This document shows positions 9,331 to 17,425 of a DNA stretch of 20,000 nucleotides, piece by piece. The DNA comes from Tortispora ganteri (lineage: Eukaryota), in assembly GCA_003707115.1 (NCBI GenBank), contig PPNB01000008.1:304084-324083 (forward strand). Reading direction: 5' to 3'. The notes beneath the pieces were generated by a model, which made no database searches, had not been told where the DNA came from, and saw only the letters and a program-made list of their open reading frames with translations. The position numbers were made by a program, and so were the translations under genes. Position 1 is the first letter of the stretch, and the number at the start of each line of letters is the position of its first letter.

Positions 9331-11382
9331 ATGGCTCCAACTTCTCCGAATCTGTCGAAACGAGTCGAAAATTCAAGAGCTATATTTAATCAGTTCTCAG
9401 TTGAGAATGTTGACGGCCAACGGATAATGACACCCGAGAACTTCGTCAATGCTATAGCCCCTGAGAACGAGAACTACACAGTCATACCGAAGAGTTCCTA
9501 TATTGTCTTGTTTGCGGCAGCCGACCGTGCATCTAGAGGGTTTTTGACTGTGGATGATTGGATTGATTTCGAACGTGTTCTCGCCACACCTGACGCTGAA
9601 TACAGACTTGCGTTCCGTGTGTTTGATCCTAAACGCACTGGCTCCGTAGATTTCGACCAATTCGTTAAATTCTACAATGAAAACAAGTCCGATGACGCTT
9701 TACCCTTTGATTGGAATAATAACTGGACGCAGCTTTATGTTGGTTCTAAGAACAAACGCCACAGATTGACCTATGAACAATTCAGCCAAATGCTGAAGGC
9801 TCTGCACGGTGAGCGCGTCCGTCAGGCTTTCTTATATTACGACAAAGCTGGAACAGGTTACATATCTACCGAAAACTTTAAAGATATTATGATCAAGACG
9901 TCTGGTCATAAACTAAGCACTCAATTGATCTCCAATCTTGACTCCATAGATTATCTCAGTAGTAAAGTCTCATATGCCACTGTTCGTGCATTTGAGAATC
10001 TACTACGAGAATTTGATATTGTCAAACTCATAGTCTACAGAGCATGCAGCAAATCTTCTACAGGCAAAATCTCGAAATCCGAGTTCGCAGAAGAGGCCGC
10101 TCGCTCAACGCAGTTTGGTATCTTCTCCCCTCTTGAAATCGATCTACTTTTCCGCTTTGCGTCTATGGATAACCCCACTGGACTGCTTACAAAGGACGAT
10201 TTCGATCGCGTCCTCGACCCTTCGTGGCGTGATTCAGAAACACTGTACAGAGCAGCTACAACTGCTAAAGTCGAAGCTGCGAAAAAAGCCAGTATATTTG
10301 TTCCTTCTAGCTTTCTCGGTGAAGTGTTTGAATCCGTCTATCATTTTGCTTTAGGCTCAGTTGCTGGTGCTTTTGGAGCAACTATTGTATACCCAATTGA
10401 TCTCGTCAAGACTCGCATGCAAAATCAACGCAGTAGTGTTCCTGGTCAGCTAATGTATAAAAACTCAATGGACTGCTTTAAAAAGGTCTTACAACGTGAA
10501 GGTTTCCGTGGACTTTACTCTGGTCTAGGCCCGCAGCTTATTGGTGTCGCCCCAGAAAAAGCCATTAAACTCACCGTTAACGACCTTGTACGAGGCAAGC
10601 TGTCAAAACCTGATGGTTCCATTGAATGGCCTGCCGAAGTCATTGCTGGTGGATCTGCTGGTGCCTGTCAGGTTGTGTTTACAAACCCGCTTGAGATCGT
10701 CAAGATCCGACTCCAGATTCAAGGTGAAGCTGCTAAAGCCGGAAGTGATGTGCCTAAAAGGTCTGCAATTTCCATTGTACGATCTTTAGGTTTGGTTGGT
10801 CTGTATAAAGGTGCTACGGCATGTCTTCTTAGAGATGTTCCATTCTCAGCTATTTACTTTCCTACGTATGCGCACTTGAAAAAGGACTATTTTGGGGAAA
10901 GTTCAGGAAAGCGGCTGAACATCGGTCAGCTGCTTATTGCCGGTGCTGTTGCCGGTATGCCTGCAGCATACTTTACTACGCCATTTGACGTTATAAAGAC
11001 GCGTTTACAAGTTGAAGCCCGTAAAGGTCAGACACATTATAAGAATTTGATGCATTGTGCTACTACTGTGTTCAAGGAGGAAGGATTTGCCGCGTTCTTT
11101 AAAGGAGGTCCTGCACGTATTTTCAGATCTTCGCCGCAATTTGGCTGCACATTGGCGATGTACGAGCTCCTTCAAAGCATGTTACCTGTTCCTGAATCAT
11201 TACGTGCACATCATTCTGAAGCTGGCCACACAGTACCTACTGGAGAAGCTACTCCTAGTCCTATTACTTTCCTGCGAAGCCGTAATGCACTCCGCGTACT
11301 GATGGATATCGACCAAAGTTTTGGCCGTCCAGCTACGCTGACTAAAGAGCAATGGAATCTAGTGCCGGGCCTACAGAAATAG
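9331..11382 (+). CDS. AGC1: Mitochondrial aspartate/glutamate carrier (Agc1/aralar/citrin-like) with N-terminal EF-hand region, 683 aa
   Basis: Three carrier signatures (PIDLVKTRMQ, PLEIVKIRLQ, PFDVIKTRLQ). AGC-specific 'LGPQLIGVAPEKAIKLTVND', 'ACLLRDVPFSAIYFP', 'ARIFRSSPQFG'. EF-hand-like loops 'FDPKRTGSVDFDQF' and 'YDKAGTGYISTENF'. Confidence 0.95.
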   Translation: MAPTSPNLSKRVENSRAIFNQFSVENVDGQRIMTPENFVNAIAPENENYTVIPKSSYIVLFAAADRASRGFLTVDDWIDFERVLATPDAEYRLAFRVFDPKRTGSVDFDQFVKFYNENKSDDALPFDWNNNWTQLYVGSKNKRHRLTYEQFSQMLKALHGERVRQAFLYYDKAGTGYISTENFKDIMIKTSGHKLSTQLISNLDSIDYLSSKVSYATVRAFENLLREFDIVKLIVYRACSKSSTGKISKSEFAEEAARSTQFGIFSPLEIDLLFRFASMDNPTGLLTKDDFDRVLDPSWRDSETLYRAATTAKVEAAKKASIFVPSSFLGEVFESVYHFALGSVAGAFGATIVYPIDLVKTRMQNQRSSVPGQLMYKNSMDCFKKVLQREGFRGLYSGLGPQLIGVAPEKAIKLTVNDLVRGKLSKPDGSIEWPAEVIAGGSAGACQVVFTNPLEIVKIRLQIQGEAAKAGSDVPKRSAISIVRSLGLVGLYKGATACLLRDVPFSAIYFPTYAHLKKDYFGESSGKRLNIGQLLIAGAVAGMPAAYFTTPFDVIKTRLQVEARKGQTHYKNLMHCATTVFKEEGFAAFFKGGPARIFRSSPQFGCTLAMYELLQSMLPVPESLRAHHSEAGHTVPTGEATPSPITFLRSRNALRVLMDIDQSFGRPATLTKEQWNLVPGLQK

Positions 11383-11591
11383 AAATTTTCGCTGGCGCTA
11401 GAATAATACATACGCAACTGATCTCCCTCTCACACATATTTCGACATCCATTATGGGGGGGGTTTGAAGTTTTGAACCCTGAACCACAAATGTTAAATGC
11501 CGACTATCGACCTTCCCCTTCAACTCCGTACCTCGGTCATAGAATTGAACCGTATCACTACCTAATTTTTATATCCTAACTGCCCTCTATT

Positions 11592-12269
11592 ATGTCTACA
11601 TTTCTGACGACCACGTATTTAAACCAGCTGAGATCGTACCCGCACCTGCAAAAGACCTGGTACCTCGTAGCGGCTGCAGCGCTCTCTGTGAGTAACCGCC
11701 CGGAGGAAGTACCTATCTTGTTCAAATATGCATTAGAACACGAAGCCGGTAGTGACCAGGCTGCGCAAAAGGAAGTTGCAGATAGATTGCGTGAAGCAAT
11801 TCTGAAGAGTGGGGCGCTTGGTGGGATCCCTAAAACTATCAACAGCCTGATGCGCTTGAAAGATGCGACCCCCGCGCACCTTCGACAAGAGAAACCGATC
11901 CGCACCGAGCGATCGGACGAAGAAAACTATAAGATTGGCAAAGAATTTTTTGACCGCGTCTATACAAAGATCTCTAATCGTGTGTTCACGCAGATGTCGA
12001 CGTCTTATCCCGATCTAGCACAGTATGTGATCCCGCACGCATACGGTGCGCTTCTCAGTTTTACGGGCATTTTGACCGCAAAAGAGACTTCATTAGTAAT
12101 TATTGCTTCTCTAGTTCCGCAGGATGTCAACCCACAACTCAAAGGTCACCTCAAGGGCGCCCTAAACAATGGCGCGTCGAAGGAAGAAACTATGAGCGCT
12201 CGCGCACTTGCCCTAGACATCAGTACCTCTTCCGGTATACTGCTCAGCACTCCACCCGCTAAACTCTAA
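11592..12269 (+). CDS. AhpD/carboxymuconolactone decarboxylase-like protein (Pxp2-like), predicted peroxisomal, 225 aa
   Basis: Fungal CMD-like pattern 'WYLVAAAAL...RLREAILKS...GIPKTINSL' and 'KETSLVIIASLVPQDVNPQLKGHLKGALNNGAS.EE'. Ends in -AKL (PTS1 consensus). No AhpD CxxC motif (the protein has no Cys). Confidence 0.8.
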   Translation: MSTFLTTTYLNQLRSYPHLQKTWYLVAAAALSVSNRPEEVPILFKYALEHEAGSDQAAQKEVADRLREAILKSGALGGIPKTINSLMRLKDATPAHLRQEKPIRTERSDEENYKIGKEFFDRVYTKISNRVFTQMSTSYPDLAQYVIPHAYGALLSFTGILTAKETSLVIIASLVPQDVNPQLKGHLKGALNNGASKEETMSARALALDISTSSGILLSTPPAKL

Positions 12270-12372
12270 AAATTGTTCCGTAACACCACGGCCAGTCACA
12301 ATTAGTCCATTAGGATACGTAAATGTATAAAGTTTGATGTCCGTCAATAGGCGATATCGTCGCAGTTTCCAT

Positions 12373-12390
12373 TTCACGGAACCGTTCCGT
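12373..12390. promoter_or_regulatory. Palindromic CGG-N7-CCG site (TTCACGGAACCGTTCCGT), putative Zn2Cys6 binding site upstream of the P450
   Basis: Perfect 6-bp arms ACGGAA/TTCCGT; a second copy of the same design is at 12698-12714. Confidence 0.5.
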
Positions 12391-12676
12391 ACTATGGTAT
12401 ATTTCGAGGGGTAGAGTTTACTTGTGTATGATTGGTCCACTGTTATTAAAGTTTTGATATCTGGACTGACGTATAATGCAAACACCGCATGTAGAGGTAC
12501 ACAACTCGTCTATCTGACAAGTCTGTGGTGGATACAGACCTGCATAATATATAAAGTAAATATTTATGCATTCTTGCGGTACTGTCATTGTGATGTGTGA
12601 TTTGAGATGCCGGTCCAATATAGCTAGCGGTGATAGACTTACGCGGTTAGGGCAATATCACTTGTCCAAACAGTTA

Positions 12677-12687
12677 CCCCAGATTTT
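12677..12687 (-). promoter_or_regulatory. Mig1/CreA carbon catabolite repression box (AAAATCTGGGG on the - strand) in the P450 promoter
   Basis: SYGGRG core with the AT-rich 5' flank typical of Mig1 sites. Confidence 0.5.
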
Positions 12688-12697
12688 AAACTCTACC

Positions 12698-12714
12698 TTC
12701 ACGGAATGATTCCG
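12698..12714. promoter_or_regulatory. Second palindromic CGG-N7-CCG site (TTCACGGAATGATTCCG)
   Basis: Perfect arms CGGAAT/ATTCCG; shares TTCACGGAA and TTCCG with the 12373 copy. Confidence 0.5.
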
Positions 12715-12971
12715 ACATAGACGATGCGCAACATTTATAAAATGGAGTGGGTTCCTTACTACGCCTGTAGGACAGTATACTGTTTTTTCTTTTATTAATT
12801 GAAACTTTTAAAGCTCATTATATTACTTTACAAACCGCAAAAGATCACAGGTTATTTTATTCCCAACACATAAGAGATCAGTAAATCAGATCAGACCATT
12901 TATTCTGACCGCATAATAGTCAGGAATTGCATTTGGAAAACCTGGAATCAGATTATTACTTTCTTCATAAA

Positions 12972-14546
12972 ATGATATTAACATATACGCAACTTGCAGG
13001 AGCAGCAGTGACTTCTTTTATCTTCTATGTAATCATTGACTGGCTTTTAGGCTTAGGCACAGACATCCCTCACATCAAAGGCATTCCCGAAGTCCCTGGC
13101 TGGCCTATTGTTGGTAATTTGTTTCAGTTAGGTGAGAACCATGCGCTGGTATATAAGAAATGGGCTGAAAAGTACGGACCTGTTTTTCAAGTTCGTTTGG
13201 GTAACAAGCGTGTAGTAATTGCCAATACTTTTGAATCAGTGCGCAAACTTTGGATTGACAATCAATCGGCTTTGATTTCTCGTCCTATGCTCTATACTTT
13301 CCACAAAGTAGTTTCTACCTCACAAGGATTTACTATTGGTACTTCTCCCTGGGACGAATCTTGTAAACGCAAACGCAAGACAGCTGCAACTGCATTGAAT
13401 AGACCCGCCGTTCAGTCGTACATGCCTGTTATTGATCTTGAATCATATGAGGCTATAAGAGACTTATATGCATCTTCTAACAATGGTACAGAACATGTGG
13501 ACATTAAACCTGTATTTCAAAGATATGCACTCAACACATCGTTAACGCTCAATTATGGTACACGTCTTGAGACGGTCGATAACAAGATGCTTATCGATAT
13601 TGTCGAAACAGAAACTGGTATATCTCGTCTCAGATCTCACACAAACAACTACATTGATTATTTACCTTTTTTACGCTTTTTTGACTTTTCTAAGAAAGCT
13701 GACGCTAAAGAACTCCGTCTTCGCCGCGACGCGTACCTCAAGACGCTGCTAGACAAGCTTAAAGCCGAAATTAAAGCAGGTACAGACAAACCATGTATCA
13801 CCGGAAATGTCATCAAAGACACTGACGCTAAATTGAACGAAGCTGAACTTAAAAGTATTTGTCTTACAATGGTTTCTGCAGGTCTTGATACGGTGCCCGC
13901 CAACCTCATACTTGGTATCGGTCACCTATCACAGGAAGGCTACGGCATGCGCATCCAACAAAAGGCTTATGACGAGATCATGAAAGTGTACCCTGATGGT
14001 GACGCATGGGATCGTTGCCTTGAAGAGGAAAAAGTTCCTTATGTCACTGCTCTCGTCAAAGAGACTCTTCGTCATTCTACTGTTATTCCTATGTGCCTAC
14101 CTAGATTGAGTACCAAACCGGTTAAATACGAAAACGCCGTTATACCCGCGAACACTATGTACTACATGAACGCTTATGCAGCTGATAATGACGAGTCATA
14201 TTTTGAAAAACCTAACGAGTTTATTCCTGAAAGGTACCTTGATACCAAGAACGCATCTATGGGCACTCCGCACTACGGTTACGGTGCCGGTCTGCGTATG
14301 TGCGCTGGATCTCATCTCGCCAACAGAGAGTTGTTTACTGCATTTATTCGAATGATTGTTGCTTTTGAGATTTTGCCACCGCTTGACCCTAAAGATGCCA
14401 TGAATCCTGATCCAATGAAATCAAATATTGCTCCTTCTGCCCTCGTGGCCGAGTCGGCGCCATTCCTGCTACGTTTACGTCCTCGTGATCCTGCTTTACT
14501 CGAATCACTCCTCAATCAAACTAAGGAAAGAGTATATGCTAAGTAA
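12972..14546 (+). CDS. phacA: Cytochrome P450 CYP504A-type, phenylacetate 2-hydroxylase (PhacA-like), about 524 aa
   Basis: The true start is likely the ATG at 12972 (AAAATG context, followed by a hydrophobic anchor); the ORF track starts at a TTG. CYP504 signatures 'SQGFTIGTSPWDESCKRKR', 'ALNRPAVQSYMP', 'GTDKPCITGN', I-helix 'SICLTMVSAGLDTVP', ExxR 'ETLR', 'PERY', heme motif 'HYGYGAGLRMCAG'. Confidence 0.92.
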   Translation: MILTYTQLAGAAVTSFIFYVIIDWLLGLGTDIPHIKGIPEVPGWPIVGNLFQLGENHALVYKKWAEKYGPVFQVRLGNKRVVIANTFESVRKLWIDNQSALISRPMLYTFHKVVSTSQGFTIGTSPWDESCKRKRKTAATALNRPAVQSYMPVIDLESYEAIRDLYASSNNGTEHVDIKPVFQRYALNTSLTLNYGTRLETVDNKMLIDIVETETGISRLRSHTNNYIDYLPFLRFFDFSKKADAKELRLRRDAYLKTLLDKLKAEIKAGTDKPCITGNVIKDTDAKLNEAELKSICLTMVSAGLDTVPANLILGIGHLSQEGYGMRIQQKAYDEIMKVYPDGDAWDRCLEEEKVPYVTALVKETLRHSTVIPMCLPRLSTKPVKYENAVIPANTMYYMNAYAADNDESYFEKPNEFIPERYLDTKNASMGTPHYGYGAGLRMCAGSHLANRELFTAFIRMIVAFEILPPLDPKDAMNPDPMKSNIAPSALVAESAPFLLRLRPRDPALLESLLNQTKERVYAK

Positions 14547-14577
14547 AATCAAAATGTATGTGATAAATGTTCATTCA

Positions 14578-16647
14578 CTAAGATGTAAGACTCCAATTCA
14601 GTAATGAAGAAATATCTAGCCAGTGGTCCTGGTTATCCGACGTCAGAGTAGGTAAGCAGCTATCATATTTGAGATCTTGCGATTCATCCAAGTACTTTTT
14701 TAACTCTGTAACGCATGAGTTAGACAGAAACTCTGAGAAATCATCAGAAGGTGACTCCTGTCGCTGCTCTTGCTGTTCTGACCCTATCTGGTTCAGCACT
14801 TGTACCAACCGGTCGACGCATGCAATTACTTTCTTAATAGCAGGTGATCTCCATACTCTGCAAGACCCATTAGCAAGAATATTCAATGATTTCTGTAAGT
14901 TGTAACTATTTGTATCCGTCAAATACGTTTCAGGACAGTTCACCATTAGTCCTAGTAGGAACATAGTCGCCGAAAGAAGGTACTGATCAAGTGGGAACAC
15001 CCATGAACAGAAAACAGAAGTCCATTGTGTAAATATCTCATCACATAGATGTATAACTGAAATAGCAATATTGGCGTAATCCTGTGCACACTCCTTAAAT
15101 CCCGGCTGTGTCAGGTTCTCTGAAGAAAACAGCACTGTTCGTGCAGCCAGCAGTTTGATCTGCCAACAACTGACATGTAATATGAGTCGTTGTTTGCACA
15201 GCCAAGGTGGAATCTTCGTCATATTATCCTTAATTGACAGAGCATCCCATTGAAGATACATGGGTACTTGCTGTTGCCACATATCCAGCTTGTTACAGAT
15301 ATCATTGATTTGTGCGACCGATACCATCTTAATTTGCGCACCACAACAGTATAAAGTCCTCCACATAGTTCCTCCAATATGCACTATATCTATATTATAT
15401 TTCAGAAAAGAAACTTCTGCGAAATTGTCCTCTGATGACGTGAGAAGATCTAGAGCTGAATCAAAATTTACTTCAGAAAGATTCACAACATCGTACCTAC
15501 CCAGTGGCTGCATTCTTAGCCTTTCGTACTCTTTGTTTGTAATATTAAGCGGGGCTTGGATATCTGCTGCCATATGTGTACAATAAGGCAAACCTCCAGC
15601 TATTGCACATCTGTAATCAATAGCTTGTAACGAGAACCACAAACGTTTCCGAATTTCTGCCTCGACTATACTTAACGAGTTGTACGTTTCATTGCGATTA
15701 ATACCGCACATTAGCGCTAAACGTAGAGCCTGTTGTATCGCCGACTCGGCTTTTTCGTAGTAGTCTAAACGGTAGTAGAACATAGCCACAAGTATGATAC
15801 ACTGCAGCAGCTCTATTGAGGGCATTTTTGTCGGTTTGAGGCTGAATATGTTGATTATGTCACTTTGACCAATTAGTGACTCGGCGATGTAGAAGTATTT
15901 CGATCCTGGAGGCACATCTTTCTTTAGAACAGACTCATCCAAAGGTATTTGCATTGATTCAGCAATAGCTAAACATAAATAAACTTGTGCTAAACGTTCC
16001 TGGAACTGGTTGGAATACAAGTGTATATGATGGGATCCTGATTCTTGTTCTGCCTTCACAGAGTTTAAGGCAAAGAAAAATTCCCATAAGCTTGGTGGAT
16101 GTACCACAGGATACAATATATTGCACTGATTAAAATAAATTTCTAACAGTTTTGCGTAGTGGCTAGAATCGTATTCAAACGCAAGAAAAGCAGACGGATC
16201 AGGAACAACTCTAGTTATAGATTCAGTAGCGTCTTTTTGTGAATATTTCTCATTTACTTTCTCGGTATAGTTTGTGTTGACCAATGATGGACGTTTATTA
16301 CAAATAATAGATGTACTGAATGCTTTTTCTATTGCGTCAAGTACCTGATTGACAGAAGACTCGCCGTAAACGGGGTCGTCTTCTGACTTGTCGCTACCTG
16401 AAGCGCTTGGCAATTCAATGCGGCCGCTTAATAAATTATGGTAACCCAATTGATCATTTTTATTCATTGATCGATATTTTTGTTGTCGAGTTATGGCTAT
16501 GTTAGATGTCATATACGCACAATGTGAATTCACCTTGAAGCACCGTTTACAGGGCAGATTACCGTCGCATTTCACTTTCCGTTTCTTACAATTGCCACAC
16601 GCCTGTATTGCGTACTTTTCTCGTTTTCTCACTTTCTTTTCGGCCAT
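14578..16647 (-). CDS. Zn(II)2Cys6 fungal transcription factor with middle homology (Fungal_trans) region, 689 aa
   Basis: Binuclear cluster 'ACGNCKKRKVKCDGNLPCKRCFKVNSHC'; 'YFNQCNILYPVVH' and 'EAEIRKRLWFSLQAID' middle-homology motifs; acidic, aromatic C-terminal activation-like tail. Confidence 0.93.
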   Translation of the reverse strand: MAEKKVRKREKYAIQACGNCKKRKVKCDGNLPCKRCFKVNSHCAYMTSNIAITRQQKYRSMNKNDQLGYHNLLSGRIELPSASGSDKSEDDPVYGESSVNQVLDAIEKAFSTSIICNKRPSLVNTNYTEKVNEKYSQKDATESITRVVPDPSAFLAFEYDSSHYAKLLEIYFNQCNILYPVVHPPSLWEFFFALNSVKAEQESGSHHIHLYSNQFQERLAQVYLCLAIAESMQIPLDESVLKKDVPPGSKYFYIAESLIGQSDIINIFSLKPTKMPSIELLQCIILVAMFYYRLDYYEKAESAIQQALRLALMCGINRNETYNSLSIVEAEIRKRLWFSLQAIDYRCAIAGGLPYCTHMAADIQAPLNITNKEYERLRMQPLGRYDVVNLSEVNFDSALDLLTSSEDNFAEVSFLKYNIDIVHIGGTMWRTLYCCGAQIKMVSVAQINDICNKLDMWQQQVPMYLQWDALSIKDNMTKIPPWLCKQRLILHVSCWQIKLLAARTVLFSSENLTQPGFKECAQDYANIAISVIHLCDEIFTQWTSVFCSWVFPLDQYLLSATMFLLGLMVNCPETYLTDTNSYNLQKSLNILANGSCRVWRSPAIKKVIACVDRLVQVLNQIGSEQQEQRQESPSDDFSEFLSNSCVTELKKYLDESQDLKYDSCLPTLTSDNQDHWLDISSLLNWSLTS

Positions 16648-16733
16648 TTCTGATCCATATGATAAACAATATCTTTGTTTTTTCCAGATTTTTTTTTAGA
16701 GAGGCTAGTCCACAATACAAAGCACGGCTGTTT

Positions 16734-16778
16734 CCCCAGATTCTCAAAGAAACTTTAATAAAAATAAACTTTGCGGGG
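16734..16778. promoter_or_regulatory. Pair of Mig1/CreA boxes (CCCCAG 16734-16739; GCGGGG 16773-16778) upstream of the Zn2Cys6 gene
   Basis: Two SYGGRG cores in opposite orientation flanking an AT-rich spacer; ATTGG (reverse CCAAT) at 16794-16798. Confidence 0.45.
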
Positions 16779-17214
16779 TTCTCATCTGCGCGGATTGGTT
16801 GTGTAGTCAAAGTATATGCTTGCGGTTCTGAAGAGCTTAGCTCTTAAATATTTCAGTCAGATACAGATCACAGTCTATCATTTACGCGTCTCAAACTAAT
16901 CTAGTAACGATATACATTGCATGATCGAAGGCATGCATTAAAAAATTAAAAAGCAGTTGACATGACAATGTCAACTTCGGCGATGCCTTGGCAGTCAATA
17001 ATACCATATGAGTAGATGTAATTAAGATGTGCAACAAATAGCATAATTACTATTTGTGTACATATTTTACTATTTTAGGATATTCATTTAAAGATTGCAA
17101 TTATATAGGGGACATTAATAGGTCATTACTCATGACGAACTTGTTTTCAAACTACGTTCTAGTGCTTCAACACTCTAATATACATGAAACTCCGCAGTAC
17201 TTGCATTGTTGCAC

Positions 17215-17226
17215 AATTTTGCGGGG
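17215..17226 (+). promoter_or_regulatory. Mig1/CreA box (AATTTTGCGGGG) upstream of the MFS transporter
   Basis: Canonical AT-box plus GCGGGG, 200 bp before the ATG. Confidence 0.5.
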
Positions 17227-17425
17227 TACAGCGTAATATATTTATAATTTTATTAAAAAATGGCTGAAACTGTCTGAAGTATTATATGCTGATCATAAAT
17301 CGCGTTTGAGATCTGGTATATCTGCATAAATGCACCCTGGATTTCGCGTTATGCACAACCCACGGTGATCTTTAAGTACAAGCGCCCTGAAGATCAGATC
17401 TTAATTTTCTGAGTTCGCAGAAAAA

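Noticed and set aside
11455..11462. G8 homopolymer between AGC1 and the CMD-like gene
   Set aside because: A single non-coding run without the additional G-tracts needed for a quadruplex; no evidence of function.
12927..12971. ORF-track N-terminal extension of the P450 (TTG start); likewise the TTG/GTG starts at 2626 and 7230
   Set aside because: Eukaryotic locus: the ATG at 12972 and the spliced ATGs at 2544 and 7079 explain the N-termini.
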